Source: Vezdaea acicularis (Eukaryota). Taken from it: 64,000 nt of DNA. The position numbers were made by a program, and so were the translations under genes. Shown piece by piece: positions 37,454-49,217 of the stretch. Numbering within the stretch: the first letter of the stretch is position 1; each line of letters starts with the position of its first letter. The stretch is from assembly GCA_026025075.1 (NCBI GenBank), contig JAPEUI010000027.1, positions 62,001-126,000 on the forward strand. The letters are read 5' to 3'. The notes beneath the pieces were generated by a model. That model had not been told where the DNA came from and ran no database searches. It saw nothing but the letters and a program-made list of their open reading frames with translations.

Positions 37454-39037
37454 GATGAAACGGGTAGCAAGAAATGATATGAGGCTGTGTAAAACTCGTG
37501 TATTCGTGTATTCGTGCTCACACGATCGAAGGCTTTACGCTGATCTAAATTCATGTCGAAAGACCGCCAAACAGCAAAGATAATAGAGATTGGGTCTACT
37601 ACCTGCGCGACATCGACTTCTATAAGTCCACGCCGCAACAGCCGCGAAGAGATGAATTCTTATGCTTTTGATAGAAGGGTACAACTGCCTGACCCCGTTG
37701 CTTTTCTGCATTGGCACGCAGCAACTTGAATAAGTCACTGGGATAAGGGGGCTAGGCGTCTTCGGGAATCTCTGCGGCACCATGCATGACGCAAGCGTAG
37801 GATACGCAACGATCTACACTTCCGCAGTGACCCAGTTCACGGTTCGTAGCGCGACGTTAAGTGGCCCTACCATAGCTCTGATAGGATTGTAGGTGGTGTG
37901 AATGATTCCCGCGATGGGTTAGCACGGCCCCTGGGCGATCCCCCTGTTTCTTGGTCCGTGCGGATGCTATGAGGCTTCCGTCAAGTTAGCAAGCAAGCAT
38001 ATGCCGCATAGGGATACCGATCCAGCACGTGTTCTTTCAACGCCCTGCTCGTAGTCAGCAACGGGTTGTATCTTACCATTGATACAATTGCTACGAGCGT
38101 GCCACTGTAGGCGTGAACACGACGTAAAGTGTCTTCCTCGTCTTCTTAAATTTGTGCTCAACTGGCATTATATTTACGGTCCCTTGAAGATGGTCGGCAA
38201 GGTTGAGTGGGCGTGGAAAGACGTCGTCTAGGCAAGCGCACCTGCGGATCCTTATACATTCGGTAGAAGCAACTGGGTCAATACATCTTAATATTCTCTT
38301 CAGAAATCTTTAGACAAATGGCTTTGCACCGTCATTATCCTACGTTATAAAGGAGACGTTTGGTGGCGGAAGGGGTTTGACAAGTATGCAACCTGAAGGC
38401 TTTTATTTCCCTAGGGGCAGAGAGTGCTCGCTCAATCCCATCTTTCCCTAATGCGCGAGAGGGTTGCGCGTTCAATCTGAACACTTTTGTTTCCTAAGTA
38501 TGAAATGGGTGGCTTAACGCAAACGAAGGCTCTGAGAATGATAGGACCGGTCTAACACAAGGATTCCCCTAGGTAGAAGTAGCGGGGACAATGATAGATG
38601 CATCATCATCAATCAAACCCGTTTTTTTGTTCAATTTTTTAGCACATAATTTTATTATTGTATTGTGGCCGCTGCTGGCCAATACTAAAGGTTCAGCCTT
38701 TTGTAGCCCACCTTATTGGTGATAGTAATAAGATCCATGTCGAGTAGATCAGGATAGCGATCCCTGACCCGGTAGAGATACGTTCACATTCGGAGGTATC
38801 AGTGTAGTAACTTACTATTTGCGAGAATTGAAGACAAGTTTTAGAGACTTTCAAAATCGGAAAATCGGAAATTGGTTGGAGTGTGATAAGATGAAATAAA
38901 GCATGGCTCGCGACGTTCATCTACGGTACGCATATATGGCATGCCTGCTAGAAGGCGTTAATCTTAAATGAGTCATGCTAGAATATGGACCGCCTATAAG
39001 GCTCAGAAAAGCTCAAAAGTACTCAATCCATTTATGT

Positions 39038-41314
39038 TTACTTTAGCTTCTCTAGTAACTCCCTTGCCCCTTTATTTTCGACCCCTTTGTTTGCTATCTT
39101 CCTTTTCTCGTTTACTTTACTTGAAACTGCCTTCGACTCAGCAGCCTCCTTCAAAGCTTCTTGGTTACTGCCAAGGGTCGCTAATAATGGCTTGGAGTGT
39201 TGGAAGCCTTTTGCATCTAGCATGTTCACCACAACAAAGGAGCTTGGTCCTGTTGCCCACTGGACAATGTGAGGTTTGATGTGCTCGTAGAGAATGTTGT
39301 GAAAATTGAGCGGCGGCTCGATATCTGAAGAGACGCTTAACGCAGGCGAGCGATGGCAAATGATTGTTATACTTACACTCAATCTTCTTCTCATCTACAC
39401 TATACCTCCCGCCCAATACTAGCGTTTTCAACATTTTACCAGTCCAGGTTTCCTTAGCCATATGGCCTTCGCTGGTCGGATCACCCTCAGCCATTCCTGC
39501 AAGCTTGTGCAAGACAAGTACGGTTTCTTTGTCGCCCTTGCTGTTGAGCAATACCTCGGTGATGAATTGGCAGCCCAATGCATTAAGGCAGAGCTTATCC
39601 ATTTGGGTCGCCACCGTCTTTACAAGTTCTGATATCAGCTCCTTTGACAATTCTCTTCGACGTGTTTCTGAGTCCTTCTTGCTTGTTGCTATTCGCATTT
39701 GATCGAGAGTTTGGAGAATATTAATGTCATCGTTTGGAAGAAGCCACTTTACTCGACCCGCAAGAAGATATAGTAACGAGATTCTACCAGTTGGATGGAG
39801 TACTAGCTGTAGGGTCTTCTCATCTTCAGAGGGATTTTTGCAGAGCAGCTCTGGGAAGATGCGCTTGGATGTGAGAACTGTATCGTCGATGACCTCATAG
39901 GCTGCAAGAATTATTTGATGCCCATTTGGGTCTGTAGCAAGTTGTAATATTGTATCGTCTGTGGCATTCTGCTTGAAGGCTTTCAGGATGACCTTTCGAT
40001 CCTTAGCATTGCCTGCTGCTAGAGCAAAACAGACCAATTTAGCGCCAGACTTCGTAAATGCAAGATTCTTCAACAAATTCCCTGATTCATCGCCCTTGAG
40101 CAATTCTAAAAATTCCGAAGCTTCATCACTGCCAGACTTAACATTCGTGTAGTACTCAAGCATGGCGTCATGAAGCATTGTGAATCCAACGAATTGTTTC
40201 TGAACCAATCCGTTGATGAGTTCATGTAGAGATCTCATGATCGGCGCTCGTTTCTCCGGGTTGGTTGTGATTATTGTTTCAAGTTTTGATGTGATGTCAC
40301 TACCCTCTACATTTTTGAAGATGGCAAACTCTGGGCCATACCATTCCCGCAAAAGAATTGCCTTTTGTCTAGGAGTAGCTGCGCCACGGTAGATATCGTC
40401 AAGTATCCAGGACGCTTCCGGGTGCTTGATCAAACGGCGAACTTGTCCGTAGAATTCAGGTATAACCATATCACGGACCTCGTCGTCGCTGTCACCGATG
40501 AAAAACTTAGTTAAGGAGCTCGTGATGAACGCAGTCTATCTTACCCATGTACCAATATTTTTCCAATGAGATGTTTGGCATATCGTGCCTTCGCCAACTC
40601 CACATATGCCCCTTTTAGCTCCACCGCGATCATCTTCCTCTGCTTCAAGTTTGCATATTTGATAGCCGTTTGAATCACCCTGACTGCGTCATGTTTCAGC
40701 ACGAAGTCCTTGACTCTTCCTGTGACAATCTCGAAGAGCTCCGCAACAAGCTTCTTACGTTCCTCGAGTGGGACGTGTGATTTACGGCGTAATTGCTCCC
40801 ATAACTTCTTGGATCGCTGAAGAACATCCGCATTTGGCTTTGCAGCTTTGCGCTCCTGGACGAGGACTTTTTGCTGGGCATGAGCCTCTTTTGAGGAGCT
40901 CGCTATTGAACGATTAGTCAAACCGATATAAGGCAGATGTCATATGGCATACGTACAAGGTGCCAAGGCTTTTCCGACTACTACTGAGTTTGAAATGTTC
41001 TTCTCTGTTTGTTGCATAGGCAATGGCACTTCCTCGGTCTCGTCCTCATCCATCTCCATGTCGACTTCGTATTCATTATCCGATTCCAGTCCTTTGAAAC
41101 TGTCTGATGTATCACTTGCTGCATATTCGTTATTCGATTCCAATCCTTTGAAACTATCCGATGTATCACTGCCGTTTTCTTTATCTCTTGTGGTTTTGGG
41201 CTTCTCTATTATGGTTGACTGCTTTGTGGGGTGCGTTTTTGATATTTGCTTAGTCTTAACCTTCTTAACTACCCTACTGTCTGTGGACACAACTTTTCTC
41301 TTGATTTTAGACAT
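39038..41314 (-). CDS. PUF6: Pumilio-like ribosome biogenesis protein Puf6 (CPL domain)
   Basis: KKLWEQLRRK..ERKKLVAELF; VLKHDAVRVIQTAIKY; LLREWYGPEF; AYEVIDDTVL; C-term KGARELLEKL. Three introns. Confidence 0.92.
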
Positions 41315-41985
41315 AGTGGCACAGCCGTCAAAAATTTTCTGGAGCTATTCTGGATTATTGAGGTAGTCGAAGAGCTATGGTGGCTAACTATTTTAAAGTC
41401 TCAATTTGATGTATTTGTTCTCGTTACTTTGTTAGGAATTTTCAGAGCAAAACCATCTTTTTGGCATTGCAAAAAATCATTGACAGCAATCTGAGTAGAC
41501 GTGTGGTCTTAGATATTCTTTAATACGTTGCATGATAATGTACGGTCATTAGCGCTGAGTCTGCAAAAATTATTGCAATTGGAGGAACATCAATTTCCTC
41601 AGTACGCTTTGGTAGGAAAGTACCTGCATCTCGCGATCTTTCTTTAAGCGAGGCTCATCACGGCCCGACTTTCTTCCTTGTGATTTTCTGCAGCTTCCAA
41701 GCTCCATGTCCGTTACTTTCTCTCAACTGTCGCCCAATTACCTGTATATTTACCTGCTTTTAGCGCTTGTTTTCTCAAAAAGTCGGTTTAAAATAATGCA
41801 TTCGTATATATTTCGATCTTTCGACTAGTTACGACTTAGGTTACAGGTGAGTCTCCGTTCCTCGTTATCTACTACAATTCATAATCAGACGAGAACTTGA
41901 AGCTCCGAGGCATACCCTCCGGAGACCTTACTTCTCCGGAGACCAACAGCAAAGAAAAAGCTAACAGAACCCTAGTAACATCAAA

Positions 41986-43365
41986 ATGACAGATTCAACG
42001 TCTCCTTCACCCGCGTCTCCTTCTACCACTGCTTCAACACCAGCCTCTAAACCGCCTCCTGCACCAAAACCCCCTAACCCTGTGCTACGCGCTCTCGGCC
42101 TCCCCACGATTCGCGCCCGACTTCCTTCCCGTAATTGGCTTATCTTCCTCACCGTCACCTCCAGCATTGCCTCTCTAATATACTATGACAAGCGGCAAAC
42201 GCGCTTAGTGCGTGAGAAATGGTGCACCCTCGTCTCGCATCAAGCTCGAGAGCCACTTCCTACCAAAAGTCTTCCACGAAAATTGACTGTTTATCTGGCA
42301 GCGCCTCCGGGAGATGGATTGAAGTACGTAAGGGACCATTTCAAAGAATACGTCAAACCAGTGCTGGTTGCGGCGGCGCTTGACTGGGAGGTAGTAGAGG
42401 GGAGGAAGGAAGGACAATTAGAAGAGAAAGTTGCGGAGAGGACGAGAAAGTTGAGGAGACGAAATGGTGAGGGTGTAATTGTTGAAGACGACGAGGATAT
42501 ATTGGAGCAGGCGAAGAAGAACGCTGGTGTGCAAGACTGGGACGGCGTGGAGGGTGATATCGTGATTGGAAGACACACATTGAAGGAATACGTCCGGGGT
42601 CTACATAAGGGATGGCTAGGCCCTGTGAATTCTCCTCTAGCGCCACCTTCACCTCCACCTCCATCTCCGGAGGAGACGTTCGACTCACCGCCCTCTATAC
42701 CCACAGACACAGACGCTCCAGCATCTACTTCTTCCGAGGCGCCTTCAACAGAGGTACTCAATAAAGAAGAACCCTCTAAACCCTCTCCACTTCCTTATGA
42801 ACCCCTACCAATTTCATCCTACCCCTCACTTTCACTGTCCCCAAGCATCCCCCAAGTAATTGGTCCCACAACTGCAATTCCCCTTCCCCATATCCTGGGC
42901 TTCCTCAACACCCCAACACGGATATACCGGTTCCTCAACCGACGCCACCTGGCCGACACAGCCGGGCGTTCGACCGCCGCAGCGGTGCTTGCTTCCTCAC
43001 GCCCTTACATATCCAGCTCCACATCAAGCCTAGCGACGGGTGACGTTGCTTTTCCTGCGGACGAGGCGCCGCCGTGGAGTTCAACTGACAGAGCTGAAGG
43101 AGAGAGACAAGGAAAAGAGAGGATATGGGAGCAAGAGAACCTATTGGTAGAGGAAGAGATGGATTGGTTGAAGAGTATTAAAAGGAGAAAGGAGGGAGAA
43201 GGGGAGAGGGTGTGGCTCGATCAGATGGTTTTAGACCCCAGGATAGCTGAGAGAATGCAAGTTTTTGAATTGGAAAGGTCGGAGGAGGAGAGGGCAGAGA
43301 GGATTGCAAGGGGAGAGGAAAAGGGAAGAGTTGAAAGGAAAGGGGATGAAGAGAAAGGGGTATAA
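41986..43365 (+). CDS. TIM54: Mitochondrial inner membrane translocase subunit Tim54
   Basis: NPVLRALGLP..LPSRNWLIF; YYDKRQ; PPGDG..HFKEYVKPVLVAAALDWEVVEGRKEG; IGRHTLKEYVRGLHKGWLGP; GFLNTPTRIYRFL. Confidence 0.93.
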   Translation: MTDSTSPSPASPSTTASTPASKPPPAPKPPNPVLRALGLPTIRARLPSRNWLIFLTVTSSIASLIYYDKRQTRLVREKWCTLVSHQAREPLPTKSLPRKLTVYLAAPPGDGLKYVRDHFKEYVKPVLVAAALDWEVVEGRKEGQLEEKVAERTRKLRRRNGEGVIVEDDEDILEQAKKNAGVQDWDGVEGDIVIGRHTLKEYVRGLHKGWLGPVNSPLAPPSPPPPSPEETFDSPPSIPTDTDAPASTSSEAPSTEVLNKEEPSKPSPLPYEPLPISSYPSLSLSPSIPQVIGPTTAIPLPHILGFLNTPTRIYRFLNRRHLADTAGRSTAAAVLASSRPYISSSTSSLATGDVAFPADEAPPWSSTDRAEGERQGKERIWEQENLLVEEEMDWLKSIKRRKEGEGERVWLDQMVLDPRIAERMQVFELERSEEERAERIARGEEKGRVERKGDEEKGV

Positions 43366-43762
43366 GGATCGAAGCGCCTACAAGCACTTCTCGCGCTAGA
43401 AATCGTCGACGCCTGCATAATAATAGATATAGACACCCTACTCAAGGCATTGTACTCTATTCACCTAAATAAACCCCGCATAAAAGCAGCCGTCATATCT
43501 AGCGCGATCTAAGTCTACTCTACCGCCCTGATGCGCAATGAAAAATAAGCAAGGAAAAGGGCAAGGGTGTATCGTCGCCTACAATCCCGTCATCTCTGGC
43601 ACAATGTAAAACCCAACGCTTACATCGATGCGCAACTCAAGTAAAATCGTTAGCATGACTTTTCACCCTCGGAGAGCTCGTTGGCATCTGTAGGATGTCT
43701 ATCACCTTCTTTCTATTATCTACGCCACACACCACCCCCGTTTCCTGCGAACCGCACGAAGA

Positions 43763-45243
43763 CTAGTTCGCCATATCCTGCTGCTCTACGACCAAGCTCA
43801 GTACACGCCCTTCTGATACTGCAGCGCGCACGTTGCCGATGCACCATTCCTCCATCTTGCTCTGCGTTTCAACCGTCCACGTGCCCATGTGTGGGACTAA
43901 CATCACGTGAGGGTTTTTTAGTAGTCCAGGATGGACAGTAGGCTCGTGTTCGTAGACATCGAGGCCAGCGGAGAAGACGTGACCAGAATCTAGGGCGGCG
44001 ACGAGAGCATCCTCGTCCATGACCGCGCCGCGGGCAGTATTGACGATTACGACGCCGGGTTTCATCAGCGCAAACTGAGGGGTTGATATTATATGGCGGG
44101 TATTTTTCTATGAGAAGAGACATTAGTTTGGACTCAAGTCGAGAAAAAATGGGGTTCATGTGGTGACCAAAGCGAGCGAGAAGGAGATTGACTGAAGAAT
44201 AAGGAAGGGGAAGCTCACGTTCAGGGGTAAATTTAAAGAAACAATGTCGCTAGTCTTCAATAACTCTTCAAAGGAAACATATTTTGCACCGTCACTCAGT
44301 TCAGGGTCGAGCTCCCGCCGGTTGTAATACTGTACCACCATGCCAAATGCTTCCGCTTTCTTCTTTAGGTTCCGGCCAATGCCTCCCATGCCAACGATTC
44401 CCAGTATCTTCCCTTGAGGATCGTGTCCAAGAGGCGGCGGTGGTTGACCTCGCCATTTCCCATCTCGTAAAGCAAGCATGGAAACGTGGAGGCCTCGGAG
44501 AGCTCCTAGGATCAGAAACATATTCGTGTCTGCGGTCGAATCATCAACGGCCGTGGGTGTATTAGACACCCTAATCCCCCGTATCGTGCACGCGGCTACA
44601 TCTACTTGGTCGTACCCAGCGCCTACATATCCAATCCCAGTCAGCGCGTCCGTGCGAGTGGTGTACAGGAAGAGTTGTGGGGATCCGGGGAAGGTTCAGG
44701 GGAGAAAGGTGCATAACAACGCAATTGAAGTGAAGCATGCATGCATACGTGCATGACCGAATAAGCAAAGAAGACTCTTCTCCGATAACTGTCGGGTTGC
44801 ACCGTGCACCGCGCGAGACGCGGAACGAAGAATGCAGGGACCATCTCTTAGGACATATATGTGGGCTTACCGTTATGGCAAACGAATTTCAGACTTGCAG
44901 GCATTGCCTCTATAATCTCTTCATCGAAATTTCCCGTAATGCTCACTGATGCAAATGTTCGATACACGACCAAAACGCCATCTAATGCTCCACTCCGAGC
45001 CTCTTCAAGAAAATCAGACCGGTTTTGCGATTCGGGCTCAATAAGGTCCGCAATCTCGCCCAGCGAGCTCCACGAATGGTGGGCACTAGTCACTGCTACA
45101 TTAGCATACACCTTTACGACGTCAAGATCTAGGGAATCATTGTTGGCGCATGGTCTGCCCTAAATTCGAGGAAAGAAATGCTGGGGGTTTACTCACTGCT
45201 CGACTTCGCCAAGGAGTAGAACTTTGGGCTTGGAGGACCCCAT
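43763..45243 (-). CDS. D-isomer-specific 2-hydroxyacid dehydrogenase (glyoxylate reductase-like)
   Basis: ATG 45243, MGSSKPKVLLLGEV; CHNG|AGYDQ; Rossmann GIVGMGGIG; VNTARG; LDVYEHEP; PHMGT. Three introns. Confidence 0.92.
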
Positions 45244-46895
45244 AGTGCGCAACTCTCACCGTGTGATTGGGGCTTGGATGAGAGCTGGGACGAACAAAGC
45301 AGATAAAATGAGAAAAGAAACGGAAGAATTAGGAATTGTTGATGTTGTGGGCCGCGTCGTGTGACGCAGAGTGACAGACGAGCACTTTCCTAGCTGTGCT
45401 CATTGACAGGCCCATACAGGGCCCGTCGAACTTTTTTCTGCCGGTAGTGGACCGGTGCGTTAGTTGGTTGAGGGGAAAGACCCAAAGGATAAGCGTCCTA
45501 CTGCAGCACCAGGGAAACTGCGCGCGCAACCTGCAATGGAACCCGGCTCGGACAGGGCTCCTGCCAGGGCCTATCCCTCTACAGTTGATTTGAGGGTCGA
45601 TTAGCCTTTCGCGGACGAGGTGAGAGACCGGCGAGGAATGGGACCGCCCGGAGCAAATACGACGGAGACGAAATCGGAAGAGAGGGCGGGCGATGATCGA
45701 TGATAGGCGGGAACAGAGTCCTCTTCAGCCATAAAAAGCTTCCGGGCCGATGGAGCGGGAGCGGTGGTGTCCGGTTGCAATCCGAGGGCATCGGAGACAC
45801 AGATTAGAAGCCTCAGACCGCTGCGACTATCGAAAGCCAATCGATCAAGAAACTCGCAAAGCGTGCGATGGGGGGGGCTCCGTGGGGTTGTCCCACGGAG
45901 AACAGGAAGAAAGCAGAGAGGAAAAAACAGGTACGTGTTGGAAAAGATGGTAAGGACCATCGATTATCGAACTCCGGTTGGGCGGAAGGAAAAGCTGAAT
46001 TAAATTCTGTAACGCAACAGTAGTGGGAGATGCTAGCTGGCATCCAAGACCGAGGCCATGCGTGCGTCCTGCGTGCGGCCAGCGACGTTTTCATGCAGTT
46101 CCACCGATGGAAAAGACGATCACTCCGTACCACTGACGTGCTGTGCTGAGTGCTTAGTTATCGATGGTAATTGGGAGGCTACAGAATGCCTTCGGCTTTC
46201 ATAGAGCCTGCTCGGGAGCTAAGGATTGGCTACGAGCTTAAACGGCTTGACAGTATCGGTCTATTTGCTCGGGGCCAGAATTGCTTTTTTTCCATTAGTG
46301 AAGGCTTCGGGCTTCCAATCCAAATTCTATCCAGGATCACGGATCTGTCGAGAGCGCGACATCGGCTCAGGTCCCGGGTCGAGCCCTCATACTCAAAAGT
46401 GGCCCGCGTCAATGACCGCATCCTTCTGATTCCCCCGTCAGCCGAGTCCAATCATCAGCACCGATCAGCATGGCGTGGTATCGCCGCTTGGGGGGAAGAC
46501 CGCGACAGTATTTCCGATGGTCTCTTTTCGACGCCGATCCACATCTACACCTCGCTCTGCTCACTGGCTCATCCATCGGGATCCAATCTAGGATACTTTT
46601 TTCAATTGGTTGAGAGCTAATCTAAGAGCAGCGCCTTGCATTTTTCCAGGCCGAAGCCTCATAACTGTCTAATGCTCCATGCCTACCTGGCCGTGGTTGA
46701 AGGGCCAAGCAAGCGAAACGCCACCATGCTTTTCTTCAAATAAAAGAATCTTAACATGAACCGAAGAGATGCTGTTGAAGTTTGCGACCTTTTGCCGTGA
46801 AATCGTTGCATCATAATGCCTGTTGAATAGCTATCCCGCATGCCTCCATCCCACCATGCCTTCACCATTGATACCATTGAGCTTGGGGGAATACA

Positions 46896-48725
46896 CTAGT
46901 AACGGTAGCTATAGCGTTGTTAGAATCATTGTTAAATCAGGAGACGAGAGGTCTGCAATCAAGACTCACATCTCGCTCTTAAAAGGACCCTCGACTGGTA
47001 AGCCAAGGTACTCTGCCTGGACAGGCGTCAACTTGGATAGCTTGGCGTTGACGTGCGCTAGATGTAGTAATGCTACTTGTTCATCCAGAATTTTAGGTAG
47101 CACATAAACTCCAACGTCGAGTTTGCGCGTCTTCCCGAACTCAATATACTTCTTGCCAAATGCTTCATCTTCACTTTTGTAAAGCATGATCTGAGCCAAG
47201 ACCTGGTTGGTGAATGAGCACGACATGACGAAGGAAGAGTGACCAGTTGCGCATCCCAGGTTGACAAGACGGCCCTCAGCGAGAAGAATGATATGGCGGC
47301 CATTGTTCATCAAATAGCGGTCCACTTGAGGCTTGATGTTTTGCACGCTCTTAGCATGCGCCTTGAGCCATGCAACATCGATCTCAATATCGAAATGACC
47401 AATGTCTTCACCTTAGGATTAGCGACGCTTGACACGCGAAGACTTTAATTGATCCGACTTACTGCACACTATTGCATCGTTTGGCATTTTCTCGAAGTGC
47501 TCCCCTGTGAGGATATCCCGGCAGCCAGTGGTGGTGACGAAAATCTGACCAAGTGGGGCGGCTTCCTCCATGGTCGTGACTTGATATCCAGATATAGCGG
47601 CTTGCAGGGCATTGATGGGATCGACTTCAGTTACTATGACTCGGGCGCCCATTCCATGGAGAGCCATCGCACATCCTTTCCCAACATCACCAAAACCGGC
47701 AACAACTGCAATCTTCCCTGCAATCATGACATCGGTTGCACGCTTGATACCATCGATGACAGACTCTCTGCAGCCATAGAGGTTGTCAAATTTTGACTTT
47801 GTCACCGAGTCGTTGACGTTCACAGCGGGGACCAGGAGACCTTTACCCTTGAGCATTCGGTACAAGTGGTGGACGCCAGTCGTAGTCTCCTCTGACACCC
47901 CGTAACATCCTTTAAGCATCTCAGGATGTTTCTTATGGACAAGGGCAGTGAGATCACCCCCATCATCTAGGATTAGATTAAGGTGTTTGCCATCCTTGAA
48001 CGCAAGGAGTTGTTGCTCCAAACACCAGTTGTACTCGTCCTCAGTCTCGCCTTTCCAAGCAAAACTACAGTACCGTAAATATTAGGTACAAGATCTTGTG
48101 TACGTAGGATCATTATTTGCTCACACTGGTACGCCAGCTGCAGCGATTGCCGCGGCAGCATGATCTTGAGTGGAGAAGATGTTGCAGCTTGACCAAGTGA
48201 CTTCGGCGCCGAGAAACGTTAGGGTCCTAAATACTTATCAGCAAACGCCAGGATGCCAATGATGAGCCGGGCTTACTCGATGAGTACGGCAGTCTGAATA
48301 GCTAACCAATGTTAGTTTTGACAACATAATATCAATATGGCCTCATGTAGCAAACTTACTCATGTGCAAGCAGCCAGCAATTCCTGATTTATGATTTAAT
48401 ACTAATACTGATTCTGACTGTGTAATGCTGAAACTCACGGGCGCCATGTAATGGCTGTTCTTTTGCGTACTTCTCTCTTGTCGCCATGAGACCCTTGGAT
48501 GATCAGCTCTCTGTCCGAGTAAGTTTTTAAATCAAAAGTCATACCGGCATTTCCTATTAGGTCTTCTTAGTACGTAGCTTTGACTGTGAAGCGTCTCACT
48601 CAGGTACTTACATTCTCGGCAAGCTCTATCTCACGGCGCCCGAAGGCAGCAAGAGAGATATCGGCAACCTTAAACTTCGAGGCGGGGGCGCTCCCGTTTA
48701 TCTTTTGTTGAGATGCTGAAGCCAT
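46896..48725 (-). CDS. SAH1: S-adenosylhomocysteine hydrolase, 9 exons
   Basis: [76 protein letters not shown]; terminal exon supplies IYRY-stop. Confidence 0.97.
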
Positions 48726-49217
48726 GATTGACGCAAGATGGGGTTCAATTTCAATGAGACTTCCAACAAATCCTTAGTCTATGACACGATGCGAGACTTT
48801 AAAGGGAGTAGAGAATAGCTGGTAAATGTTGTCTTGCGTTACACCGTTGACGGAGTTGAATTGGACGAATATTTGTTATGACGCTGTGGTGGGGTGCAGA
48901 TTATTTTTTGTGGGGATGAAGCGAAATCACAACTAGTGCTTATCATGTGGTGTACTTAAGCGCGGGGTCCTTGTAATGGATCATCCATTTCACAAACACA
49001 ACGGCCCTAGACAAAAGTTTGAAGCCTTACTTTTGAAGATAGCTCGCGTCAAGTATCTGTTCAATGGTGATCTGGGCTTACGCGCTAAAGCTGGGTTGTG
49101 GCTTAAGAAAAGCTGCAGAGGTCAGAATCATTTTTGCAGTGAGTAACTTGATATATTAACGCTACGCGCAGGCTCGTATGTTCATCTAAATACCCGAGCA
49201 AAGATTTGACCACAAAA

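Noticed and set aside
37910..37925. GGGTTAG as a possible telomerase RNA template
   Set aside because: The reverse strand reads GCTAACCCAT, not the roughly 1.5-repeat TAACCCTAA template; no other support.
43700..43765. Cryptic PTS1 by stop-codon readthrough in the 2-hydroxyacid dehydrogenase
   Set aside because: The stop is TAG TCT rather than TGA CTA, and the extension ends in WRR, which is not SKL-like.
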